A program made the translations under genes and the position numbers. A stretch of DNA of 64,000 nt from a virus (Duplodnaviria > Caudoviricetes): IMG/VR virus record IMGVR_UViG_3300034073_002120; one strand, 5' to 3'. The notes under the pieces are model-generated. The model saw only the letters and a list, made by a program, of their open reading frames with translations. It did not search any database and was not told the origin of the DNA. Shown one piece after another: positions 37,403 to 46,466 of the stretch (position 1 is its first letter; every line of letters starts with the position of its first letter).

Positions 37403-38224
37403 TTACACCAAAGCATCTAACTTTTTTTGTGTCTTTTGTAATTCTATTTTTGCACTTTTAATATCTTGCTCTTTCCATTCAATATTTCTCTTTTTCCACC
37501 AAGTAATAGCACGTTCGGTTTCTTCTTTATTATACTTTTCCATTTCCGATTTACTACCAAATCGTTCCTTTTGTTCATCACTCAATTCATCCCATTTGAA
37601 AGGTTGTAATTGAGCAGCAAACCAACCACCGGTAGGGGTTTTTCCATAACCATCGGCACTAACTATTTTGATGATTTCTTTATCACTCATTTTAGAGTTT
37701 GTATCAATTACTTTCTGATTATTTTCAATACGTTGTTTAAGAATTTGAATATCTTTTTGTAATTTCTCACCTTTACTCATTTTTGCCAACTCTGCTTTTA
37801 ATTTTTGAGTTTCAACTGATTGACCGGTAAATGGTAAAGTTGTTTTAGTTAAATAACGAAAGTGTAATTTTTGAATGTTGTATCCACCGGCATAGATTAC
37901 TTCGGTGTTGAATGGATATTTATTACCATCCCTTTCTATGATACATCTTATTTGAAACGCTCCTTTTGAGGAATTTTTTACTACAACATCACTCATTTTA
38001 TCAGTAGGTAGAGTGTATTTTTCTAATGCTTTGACCATATCGTATTTTAATACAATTTCGGTATAATGAGCATCATATTCACTAAACTCTTTATCGTCTT
38101 TTTTATAACGTTGTTTAGTATCTTCAATAATATCAGCAATTAGGGGTTTCAATTCCACTAATAATCGATTGATTAGTGGGTTTTTACTTAATGATTCGTT
38201 TAGTAAATCTTTTAATTTTATCAT
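37403..38224 (-). CDS. hypothetical protein with MIKLKDLLNE N-terminus
   Basis: ORF. Confidence 0.75.
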   Translation of the reverse strand: MIKLKDLLNESLSKNPLINRLLVELKPLIADIIEDTKQRYKKDDKEFSEYDAHYTEIVLKYDMVKALEKYTLPTDKMSDVVVKNSSKGAFQIRCIIERDGNKYPFNTEVIYAGGYNIQKLHFRYLTKTTLPFTGQSVETQKLKAELAKMSKGEKLQKDIQILKQRIENNQKVIDTNSKMSDKEIIKIVSADGYGKTPTGGWFAAQLQPFKWDELSDEQKERFGSKSEMEKYNKEETERAITWWKKRNIEWKEQDIKSAKIELQKTQKKLDALV

Positions 38225-38247
38225 TTTATCTCTTAACGTTTATACAG

Positions 38248-38279
38248 CTAATATACGATAAATTATCGGATTTACCAAA
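38248..38279 (-). promoter_or_regulatory. Bacteroidota-type promoter
   Basis: TTTG-N20-TATATTAG. Confidence 0.75.
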
Positions 38280-38283
38280 TTTT

Positions 38284-38598
38284 TTACCCGTTAATTAGAG
38301 GTTTTTTTGCTCGTGTTTTCTTATTAAGTTCTTCGTTTTCTTTGGTAAGATATTCAACCTTAACAGATAGGGCTGCAACCTCTTTTGTAAGGGCTAATAC
38401 CATATTTCTAAGGTCATCCTTTTCCTTTGAAGATGCCTCTAATAAAGCCTCTAATTTAGAAATTCTATCCTTACAATCGTGGCGAATGAAATCTTCATCT
38501 CTTTCTTTATGGTCTGCTCTCTTTTCGTAATATCTCCAAGCACCTGTTCCACCTAATACTGTTACGGCTGTTATTAAAACTGAATAAATGTTTTCCAT
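38284..38598 (-). CDS. N-terminal TM + coiled-coil protein (holin/antiholin-like candidate)
   Basis: LITAVTVLGGTGAW, then heptad repeats. Confidence 0.6.
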   Translation of the reverse strand: MENIYSVLITAVTVLGGTGAWRYYEKRADHKERDEDFIRHDCKDRISKLEALLEASSKEKDDLRNMVLALTKEVAALSVKVEYLTKENEELNKKTRAKKPLING

Positions 38599-38909
38599 TA
38601 TTTTTTACCTTCTTTATATTCGTGATAATTGTGTGATGCTTGTGAAATATAATTCTGAGCATTAGTGATATGGTCTTGTATCCATGCAGGAATATCTTTT
38701 TCAGTTTCACCGATTTTAGATTTCAATTCAGTTGCATGTTGAATGATAGTATCTAATGAAGATTGAGCCATTGATACTTCGTGGTCTTCACCTTCACCTT
38801 CATTCATAGGTTTGAAAGCATTTGCATATGGATTTGAGTAAACTTTACCAAGTTCAACTTGTTTACCATTCCAATCCAGAGTTTTCATCATTCCTTTTAA
38901 ACTTATCAT
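38598..38909 (-). CDS. putative virion protein
   Basis: HEVSMA...IPAWIQDHITNAQNYI helical motif recalled from T4-like phages. Confidence 0.55.
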   Translation of the reverse strand: MISLKGMMKTLDWNGKQVELGKVYSNPYANAFKPMNEGEGEDHEVSMAQSSLDTIIQHATELKSKIGETEKDIPAWIQDHITNAQNYISQASHNYHEYKEGKK

Positions 38910-38932
38910 ATCTATATTCCTTTATAATATTT

Positions 38933-39133
38933 TTATTTACATCCAATTGCTTTGTAAAATTTATCATAATCAAAAACGATATTCTCATCTTTGAATTGTT
39001 GAACCATTTTATCTGCAATCTCTTTACGATTCTCCATATCTTTTACTTGAATAAGTATATCAATTATACCATCAACCATCTGATATTGGTTATTATTTAA
39101 CTTTTCGTTTAATATGGATTTTAATTTTATCAT
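38933..39133 (-). CDS. hypothetical protein with MIKLKSILNE N-terminus
   Basis: Start refined. Confidence 0.6.
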   Translation of the reverse strand: MIKLKSILNEKLNNNQYQMVDGIIDILIQVKDMENRKEIADKMVQQFKDENIVFDYDKFYKAIGCK

Positions 39134-39134
39134 T

Positions 39135-39872
39135 TTAGTCTTTACAAGTTTTCCAACCACCACCTTTTCCTTTGTAGTTTTTTGCTGCCCAACCATTTGC
39201 ATATGCAGATGGATAAACATCAAACTTTTTCTTTGCTGCTGCTTTCGATGCAGACCATTTAGCAGGGTCAGTTGGACAATTTCTTTCTAAAAATAATTCC
39301 ATTTTTTGTTCTACTGTCAGTTTCATATTTTCGTTTTTCTTTTTACCAGCACAATGTGCTTTTTGGGAAAATCCTTTTGGGTTATTGCAATTTATTGAGT
39401 TCTTATACTTTTGACTCCAATCTTCTCCCAATCCTTCACTAGCACCTGTCTTTACAAATGTAGGTTTCTGTCCTTTTTTTCGTTCACCACCTTTTTTACT
39501 ATCACCTGCATCAGATTGTGCTGCTCTTTTTCTTTTTACAAATGATGCTCTACCATCGGGTCCTAACTTTGCTGCTTTCTCTTTTGATAAACATGCTGCA
39601 TATGCTGAACCTTCTTTACTATCTCCACATTTACCTACCTTCTTACCATTACTATCATATCTATCCCAACCACCACCAGTAGTAGAACCAGTTTTACCTT
39701 TTCCAAACCATTTACGAAGGTCTTCACTTATTGGTGTATTATCATTTCCACATTTGTGACAAGTATATGGGTGATTACCTCCATCAGATATATTCCACGA
39801 CCAACCACAAGAATCACAAATTACTTTATTATCCTTTATCTCTTCGTTCAATATATCTTTTAAACTTATCAT
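39135..39872 (-). CDS. modular Cys-rich putative virion protein
   Basis: Zn-ribbon CDSC/CHKC, EDLRKWF, WSQKYKNSINCNNPKGFSQKAHC and VYPSAYANGW modules. Confidence 0.65.
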   Translation of the reverse strand: MISLKDILNEEIKDNKVICDSCGWSWNISDGGNHPYTCHKCGNDNTPISEDLRKWFGKGKTGSTTGGGWDRYDSNGKKVGKCGDSKEGSAYAACLSKEKAAKLGPDGRASFVKRKRAAQSDAGDSKKGGERKKGQKPTFVKTGASEGLGEDWSQKYKNSINCNNPKGFSQKAHCAGKKKNENMKLTVEQKMELFLERNCPTDPAKWSASKAAAKKKFDVYPSAYANGWAAKNYKGKGGGWKTCKD

Positions 39873-41491
39873 TACCCAATATATGCGTTTAATTCGTATT
39901 TACCATTACCCATACCATATACTTGGATATGTAATTGTTTTCTTTGTTCCTTACCACCTTTACTCAATTCAATTGAGAATCTATTAGTTTTACCATCGGA
40001 TGGTTTTTTTGGACCTAACCCAATTTTTTGAGCAGTTTCTTCTTTATCATAATCGAACCCACTTTTGTTAGCCCAATCTAATGCTGAATCAATTGCCGAT
40101 GTGTATGAGTTATGGTATATTGGAAACTTTGCTTCGTTGATAGTAGATTCTAACACTACTACTGCAAGTTCTTTTTTATCAGATGGATGGATACTTGCAG
40201 GAGTTTGTTTACCAAATATAGTCACATTAACTCCATCAGTTCCAATACTATGAACTTTATTTAAATATCTTTTTGCATTTTGATGTAATTCATCATTACT
40301 AATCATATCCTTCATTGAACTCTTCTTATCATATTTAAGAATTGTATCACCGATTTTTGCATGTTTTTCGTAATCTGCAAAAGTATTGTATTGTTTTTTA
40401 ATTTTGAAATTTCCGTTTGATAATGTTTTTAATTCATTAACGGATTCACCTCTTAATTTTCCTAAATGTTTAAGAGCATCCTTTTCGTTTTTCTTAAAGT
40501 AATCTTCAACTTCTTTCTTTGTATCAAATGATAATTGACCTTTACCTTTCTTCACATCATCTACCCAAAATGAATCAGCATCTCTATCGAATTCATAATA
40601 ACCGATAAGATTATTATTTGATAATACCTTACCATCTTTAGCAACTACTGATTCAGTTTTTATTCCGTGATTTTTTCTTACATTTGAAAGGGATTGTAAT
40701 GCGTTTTTAAGAGTTTGTTGTAATTCGTTTCTTTTTACTGCATCTTTTTGTGCAGAAATCTTTGCTCTTAAAACTCTGATTCTATCATTTAATTTTTGAA
40801 TTCTATCACCCTCTACCGATTCACCAATTCTCAATTCATCTTCTACTTGTAGGATTTCTTCATAATCCATATCTTTAAGATAATCAATTACTTTATTACG
40901 ACTTGCATTTGGATTTTTACAAACTGCGGTTGCTACTTTTTTTTTAGTAAATGAACCACCATGGTCATATGCTCTTAAAATGTTTTTGAAATGAACATCA
41001 TTAACACTCATTTCATTTACATTTTCTCTAAAAAATTCATCTTTACCATCTATTGCTGCTGCTTTAGCTGCAGCTGCATCTCTCCTTTTTTCGGGTGATG
41101 CATTTTGAAGATATTTTTCAATATAATGTGCTTGTTTTTTTATTAATTCTTGATATAATTTAACATATTCATCTCTGGTAAGCAATTTATTCTTTAATAA
41201 TTGTACTATCAAAGCAGGTTGTTTACTACGAGTTCTAACATCCATTTGAATAGTACCAGTTAATCTTGCAAAGTCATTTGCAACATATACTCTATGTCCT
41301 AATGAGTTACCAGCTAATTTTGTAATCGGTTCTTTAAGATATGCATTAGCTAAATCTAAGATTTCTTCTGGTGTGATATGTTTATCAGTATATGATTTTT
41401 TACCAAATGCATATGTTGCTTCACTTAATGATTGTTTGAATGATTCTCTAACAATTCCTCTTACTATTTCTTTTACTTGTACTTCGTTCAT
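39872..41491 (-). CDS. modular putative virion protein (539 aa)
   Basis: Unrelated segments joined at LSE/VNE/IGE/KTE/INE motifs. Confidence 0.6.
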   Translation of the reverse strand: MNEVQVKEIVRGIVRESFKQSLSEATYAFGKKSYTDKHITPEEILDLANAYLKEPITKLAGNSLGHRVYVANDFARLTGTIQMDVRTRSKQPALIVQLLKNKLLTRDEYVKLYQELIKKQAHYIEKYLQNASPEKRRDAAAAKAAAIDGKDEFFRENVNEMSVNDVHFKNILRAYDHGGSFTKKKVATAVCKNPNASRNKVIDYLKDMDYEEILQVEDELRIGESVEGDRIQKLNDRIRVLRAKISAQKDAVKRNELQQTLKNALQSLSNVRKNHGIKTESVVAKDGKVLSNNNLIGYYEFDRDADSFWVDDVKKGKGQLSFDTKKEVEDYFKKNEKDALKHLGKLRGESVNELKTLSNGNFKIKKQYNTFADYEKHAKIGDTILKYDKKSSMKDMISNDELHQNAKRYLNKVHSIGTDGVNVTIFGKQTPASIHPSDKKELAVVVLESTINEAKFPIYHNSYTSAIDSALDWANKSGFDYDKEETAQKIGLGPKKPSDGKTNRFSIELSKGGKEQRKQLHIQVYGMGNGKYELNAYIG

Positions 41492-41525
41492 GATATATGT
41501 TTTTATATTATCTATAAATATATTT

Positions 41526-42176
41526 TTATTTTTTTAATCGTATTTTCCAATACACTCCACCTCTGATATATGGTGTTAAATATCCATTTGTACCATCGGT
41601 TGTTTTGTTATTTACACCAATACCCAAATTGTATATTTTATTAGAGTTAGAATTTACCATCACACCAACTCCTATGAAATTTACATAATCAGCTTGATTG
41701 AATCCACCTTCGAATCCAGCATAAACCTTTCTTCTAAAAGGTTCTGGTATTTCAAGAGTATCTACTTTTGGAGTTATATTAGTTATATATTTTCTACCTA
41801 CTAATTTGTTTTTTGAAATCGTATCAGTTATTGTAATTGAACCTTGTTGTTTATCAAACTTATATGTGTTTGTGAATATGTTCTTAGTATTTAGATATTG
41901 ATTTATAATAAAGTTAGTATCCACCTTTGCTTCGATTGTATCATGTACTGCATATGGTATTGGTTTCTCAACTTCATAAGGAACAGGTACTTCAACGGGA
42001 ACTTCAAGTGGAATAGTATCATGAATTGGTTGTAACTCCTCACCATCAACTATAACTGGTTTTTCAACAATTGTAGTTTTATGTGGCATTACACCAAATG
42101 GGTCAAATGATACTAATGATAATGAAATCACTAATACCAAAATAATAATATTTTTTATTTCTAAATATTTTTTCAT
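41526..42176 (-). CDS. membrane-anchored exported protein
   Basis: N-terminal TM, Pro/Val/Glu linker, beta-rich C-terminus ending GVYWKIRL. Confidence 0.7.
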   Translation of the reverse strand: MKKYLEIKNIIILVLVISLSLVSFDPFGVMPHKTTIVEKPVIVDGEELQPIHDTIPLEVPVEVPVPYEVEKPIPYAVHDTIEAKVDTNFIINQYLNTKNIFTNTYKFDKQQGSITITDTISKNKLVGRKYITNITPKVDTLEIPEPFRRKVYAGFEGGFNQADYVNFIGVGVMVNSNSNKIYNLGIGVNNKTTDGTNGYLTPYIRGGVYWKIRLKK

Positions 42177-42586
42177 TATTTAACCAAAAATAATACGGTC
42201 ATTATTAAAGCAATACCAGAACCGGCTTTATAAATAGCAGTTTTTACTTTTTGAACTTTAAGTTCTTTCAATAGACTATTTGATTTTTCTCTTTCCAAAG
42301 AAAATTGTTGGTCTTTCTTATCTATAATAGTATTTAGGTTAGTGATTTTTTCATTCTTCAAACTATCCTTTTGTTTATATAGGTCAATTTGTAGATTCTT
42401 TTCATCTAACATTTTATACACTTGTTTCAACTCTGCTTTAGCACCATCACCACTAAGAATATCCTTAATGACTAATTTTGCTATCGGTACTTTTAGAGGT
42501 ACTATCGAGTCCGTTTTCATATCTGTTTGTGAAAAACCAGATAAGGTCGTGAGCAGTGTAATCATTAACAGCATTAACTTTTTCAT
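42176..42586 (-). CDS. exported coiled-coil protein with C-terminal TM (spanin-like candidate)
   Basis: Signal peptide, heptads, C-terminal hydrophobic segment. Confidence 0.65.
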   Translation of the reverse strand: MKKLMLLMITLLTTLSGFSQTDMKTDSIVPLKVPIAKLVIKDILSGDGAKAELKQVYKMLDEKNLQIDLYKQKDSLKNEKITNLNTIIDKKDQQFSLEREKSNSLLKELKVQKVKTAIYKAGSGIALIMTVLFLVK

Positions 42587-42854
42587 TTGTTTCGTTTTTT
42601 AGTATAGTTATATTTTTGTTTATTGTAGTTACTCTTTCATCTACTTGATGTATTTCATTATCCACTTTATCAATATGAGTATCAATTACTTTATTTGCAG
42701 TTTCAACTGAATCTATTTCGTTTTGTAAAGAATCAATTTTTCGATTATATGCTTCAACATCGGTACGAATCTTATTGTTAGTAAAAATAATATATCCAAC
42801 CAAAACAATAAGAACCGCTAATATGATGTTTTTAAAATTTAACAAATTTTTCAT
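42465..42854 (-). CDS. N-terminal TM + coiled-coil protein (i-spanin-like candidate)
   Basis: TM, then long heptad repeat; 122-nt overlap with the next gene. Confidence 0.65.
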   Translation of the reverse strand: MKNLLNFKNIILAVLIVLVGYIIFTNNKIRTDVEAYNRKIDSLQNEIDSVETANKVIDTHIDKVDNEIHQVDERVTTINKNITILKNETNEKVNAVNDYTAHDLIWFFTNRYENGLDSTSKSTDSKISH

Positions 42855-42886
42855 AAATAATTTTTCCGTTATATTAATATAAGTAT

Positions 42887-44431
42887 TTAGAATGAAACTT
42901 TTGAACCAATTTGAAAGTTACTTAACATCGTAAATTCAGGCTCATAACTCATATTTGCTTTATATGCAAAGTTAAATCCAAATCTTTTACTGATTTTATA
43001 ATCAAATGAAGCACCTAACATAGATGATGGAATTCTCGTTACAATCGTACCTCCCGTAACTGAATTATACCCTAAAGGTGAATTCATTATGAATACTTGT
43101 GGTGATATTGATAATTTACGAGAGTATTGGTAAGGTTTCATCCAAAATAAAACTACCGATGTTGAAAACGATGATTGTAGGGTTTGGGTTGCATCTGGCA
43201 TTAATAATGTGATAAGTCCAACGTTTGCCCCATAAGTTCCCAATTTAGGATGTGGTTTAATAAATGTATAACCTACCATACCCATATAAGTTCCTTTAAG
43301 ATATGCAGTAGTTAATGAGTAACTATGTAAAGAATGTAATTTACCATTTTCCAATCTCATTTGTGTCATACCACCTGATACAGCAAATTGGTCTAAGGTA
43401 CTCCATATCAATGCTGATGCCGAATATGATTTATCACCCATTAGAGATGATTTAGAAACCCCCAAAGACAACATTGCAGAGTAATTACCATCAGGTCCTT
43501 CCGTGCCTGCTAAATCGGATGCTAACATCATAGGATTGTTATTTACTGCTTTCTTTTTTTCTTTCTTCTCTTCCTTTTTTTCTTCTTTCTTTTCTTCCTT
43601 TTTGGATTCCTCTTTTTTCTCTTCTTTCTTTTCCTCTGATTTAGATTCTTCTTTCTTTTCTTCTTTTGATTCAGTTTTAGATTCTTCTTTCTTTTCTTCG
43701 GTCTTACTTTCAGATTTTGATTCACTCTTTGTTTCTGATTTTGATTCTGATGAAGATGATGAACTACTTTCACTCTTCGTTTCAGTTTTTGTTTCCGAAG
43801 ATGAAGATGATGAACTACTACCACTACTATTAGATGAACCACTATTAGATGATGTAGATGATGAACTACTACTTGCAGGTGGTGGAGTAGAAGATGTCGA
43901 TGATGTAGATGCAGTTGCACCACTACTTGCAGCAGATGAACTAGCAGAACTTGCAGAAGATGATGCTGCAGATGAAGCGGATGAACTTGCTGCGGTAGAT
44001 GCCGATGAAGATGCTGCGGAACTTGCAGCCGAACTTGCTGCACTACTTGCGGCGGATGATGCTGCGGAACTTGCAGCAGATGATGCTGCTTGAGTTGCTG
44101 CTGCAGTTGCTGCGGTAGATGCTGCTTGGGTTACTGCCTGTTGGACAGTTTGTTGAACTACTATATTAGTAGGACATCCCATAGTTGAATATGCCAAATA
44201 AACGGAATTCAACCACAATTGAACTGCACCACTTTGAACTTCTAATGGAGTAAATACTTTAACTTGGTCATAGAATGATACTACTGCATTACCATTTACC
44301 ATCGTAGTTGTTGCGGTTTTTATTTGACCACTACATTTATCTACAAAAGTTTGTGTATAAGTTTGTCCATTTACATTTTCAGCAAATAAACAAATAACCA
44401 ATATTGTTAAAGTTACTAACCATTTTTTCAT
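42887..44431 (-). CDS. putative outer-membrane beta-barrel protein with low-complexity stalk
   Basis: Signal peptide; Ser/Ala then Glu/Lys repeats; alternating beta strands ending in terminal Phe (GSKVSF). Confidence 0.7.
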   Translation of the reverse strand: MKKWLVTLTILVICLFAENVNGQTYTQTFVDKCSGQIKTATTTMVNGNAVVSFYDQVKVFTPLEVQSGAVQLWLNSVYLAYSTMGCPTNIVVQQTVQQAVTQAASTAATAAATQAASSAASSAASSAASSAASSAASSAASSSASTAASSSASSAASSSASSASSSAASSGATASTSSTSSTPPPASSSSSSTSSNSGSSNSSGSSSSSSSSETKTETKSESSSSSSSESKSETKSESKSESKTEEKKEESKTESKEEKKEESKSEEKKEEKKEESKKEEKKEEKKEEKKEKKKAVNNNPMMLASDLAGTEGPDGNYSAMLSLGVSKSSLMGDKSYSASALIWSTLDQFAVSGGMTQMRLENGKLHSLHSYSLTTAYLKGTYMGMVGYTFIKPHPKLGTYGANVGLITLLMPDATQTLQSSFSTSVVLFWMKPYQYSRKLSISPQVFIMNSPLGYNSVTGGTIVTRIPSSMLGASFDYKISKRFGFNFAYKANMSYEPEFTMLSNFQIGSKVSF

Positions 44432-44433
44432 TA

Positions 44434-44649
44434 TTAGTGTTTACCTCTCTTAACATATGAATGAGATTTAGGGTTTCTCACTTTATGTGTTTGTAAAACT
44501 ATACCATGACCAGGTATCCAAATCGGTGTGGTATATGTGGTTGTTCTATGTCTTTGATAATAGTTATGTTTACTTCCAACATTTACAATTTTTACAGGAA
44601 CACACCCAACTAATAATATTAGAACCAATAATGTTATTATATTTTTCAT
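44434..44649 (-). CDS. small lipoprotein
   Basis: MKNIITLLVLILLVG-C lipobox; basic His-rich tail. Confidence 0.65.
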   Translation of the reverse strand: MKNIITLLVLILLVGCVPVKIVNVGSKHNYYQRHRTTTYTTPIWIPGHGIVLQTHKVRNPKSHSYVKRGKH

Positions 44650-44652
44650 ACC

Positions 44653-45372
44653 TTATCTTTGGTATAAATATATCCTTTCATTCTTATCAATACAAATTGC
44701 ACTCATATTCTCAATCCAATCACCACTATTCAAATATCGTTTACCATTTATCATTACATCTGCCGGTTGATGAATGTGTCCACACATCACCCCATCACAT
44801 CCCTTTAAAGAACCCATAGATAATGCACTGGTTTCGAAATCATTTATGTAATTAGTTGCAACCTTTACTTTATTCTTAATCTTTTGAGATATAGATATGT
44901 AAGGTAATTTTCTCCACTTACGATATGAGTTATATACTCTATTTAACCAAAGTGCGAAATCGTATCCTATCGAACCAATCTTTGACAACCATTTGTATTT
45001 GGTTATAAAAACATCAATAACATCTCCATGAAAGATATAATATTTTTCACCATTATTAAGTTTGAGGATATAATCTTCTCTCATTTCTATATTACCAAAA
45101 TGAGAACCTATAAATTCTTGTATGAATTCATCATGATTTCCTCGTATCCAAATGATTTTAGTTTTAGTAGAAAGTTTTAATATTTTTTGAACTACTTTAC
45201 TATGTTTCTTTTTCCATTTAGAACCTCTATTCAAAGCCCAACCATCGATTATATCCCCATTAAGAATTAATAATTCAGTAGGATGTGTTTCAATAAACTC
45301 TAAAAACTCATCTACTTTACTATCTTTAATACCCAAATGAATATCAGATACTATAATTGCTTCGTATTTCAT
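44653..45372 (-). CDS. metallophosphoesterase, LpxH2/PlcP-like
   Basis: SDIHLG, NGDIIDGW, GNHDE, HGD, CGHIH, NSGDW; start refined. Confidence 0.85.
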   Translation of the reverse strand: MKYEAIIVSDIHLGIKDSKVDEFLEFIETHPTELLILNGDIIDGWALNRGSKWKKKHSKVVQKILKLSTKTKIIWIRGNHDEFIQEFIGSHFGNIEMREDYILKLNNGEKYYIFHGDVIDVFITKYKWLSKIGSIGYDFALWLNRVYNSYRKWRKLPYISISQKIKNKVKVATNYINDFETSALSMGSLKGCDGVMCGHIHQPADVMINGKRYLNSGDWIENMSAICIDKNERIYLYQR

Positions 45373-46064
45373 ATCCAATAGTTGTGATGTTTTTTGAAAA
45401 ATTCGGTATTGTTTCGGTTGATGTAGCATTTTATACTTAGTATGAACATATAGAAGAATCCTTTATTCTTAAATCTTCTTGCAGATGTCCATATTCCTTT
45501 TGTGGAGTGAATAATCATTTTATCAGTTTTTTGAGAAACCCAATAATCTTCTGCGAATAGATGCGTTTCATCATATCCACCGGTCTTCCAATATGATTCA
45601 GTTTTCCATAATTGAAATCCACCAACTGCAAATGGAGTTCCCAACCAATTACTCATTCTTTGTTGAATATCAAATAATCGGAATATCCAATTGAATCCTT
45701 TTTCGGTTTGGAATGGGACAGTTACTAAATCAGTATTGTATGATAAACAATCACCTAATACAAATTTATCTTCTAGCATTATATCTGCATCTAAAAAAAG
45801 AATAAAAGGAGTAGTTACTAATTTACTACCTTTCAATCTTGCTTTTGCAGGAAATCCTCCCTTTATAATTTGTATATCTAATGAATATTTAAAATCTCGT
45901 TTTACATATTCTAAAAAATCTAAACTAATAGTTTCATCTGATGTATCTGCTATAATAATTTTTGTTCCTGCTATACCATTTTGTTTTGCTATAAATGAAA
46001 CACATTCATAAATGTTATTTTTTTCATTTTTACAAGGTATGACAATAGTTATTTCGTCTTTCAT
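45369..46064 (-). CDS. GT2 glycosyltransferase
   Basis: IVIPCKNE, FLDAD, AEDY, SARRF; start refined. Confidence 0.85.
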   Translation of the reverse strand: MKDEITIVIPCKNEKNNIYECVSFIAKQNGIAGTKIIIADTSDETISLDFLEYVKRDFKYSLDIQIIKGGFPAKARLKGSKLVTTPFILFLDADIMLEDKFVLGDCLSYNTDLVTVPFQTEKGFNWIFRLFDIQQRMSNWLGTPFAVGGFQLWKTESYWKTGGYDETHLFAEDYWVSQKTDKMIIHSTKGIWTSARRFKNKGFFYMFILSIKCYINRNNTEFFKKHHNYWI

Positions 46065-46074
46065 ATGAATAAGT

Positions 46075-46103
46075 AAAAAACCCCCATTTAATGATGGGGG
46101 TTT
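46075..46103 (-). terminator. intrinsic terminator
   Basis: CCCCCAT-N6-ATGGGGG followed by T run. Confidence 0.75.
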
Positions 46104-46127
46104 CAATATTAAGAAATTATTAAGATA

Positions 46128-46466
46128 TTATTTTTTGTGTAATAATAATTCACCTAAAACTTCAATTTCACCAACTAATTTTTGAAATTCAATTTCAGAT
46201 AAATTCATATTATATATTTTATCACAAAATTCTTTAGATTTTGAATCTAATAAAGCTTTTGTTTCATCAACATTAAAGTTTCCTTTTGATGCATTTTCGT
46301 AATATGGTAATTTAACTACAAAGTGATAGTGAGTCAATATTGCAGGCCCGCCTTTTTCTTTTGCATCATTACTTATTTTTGTTGCACCTTCTAATCTCTT
46401 CGAAGCAAATTGTTCAAACGTAATGATATCATTATCTTCTTTTAATATATTTTTTAACTTTATCAT
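46128..46466 (-). CDS. hypothetical protein with MIKLKNILKE N-terminus
   Basis: ORF. Confidence 0.7.
   Translation of the reverse strand: MIKLKNILKEDNDIITFEQFASKRLEGATKISNDAKEKGGPAILTHYHFVVKLPYYENASKGNFNVDETKALLDSKSKEFCDKIYNMNLSEIEFQKLVGEIEVLGELLLHKK

Noticed and set aside
43503-44093. 196-aa plus-strand and 166-aa alternative-frame ORFs
   Set aside because: Stop-free only because of the Ser/Ala/Glu/Lys repeat codons of the real gene
43540-44120. Possible CRISPR array or non-coding tandem repeat
   Set aside because: Repeats are in-frame codon repeats with no constant repeat and unique spacer structure; no CRISPR array was seen in the window
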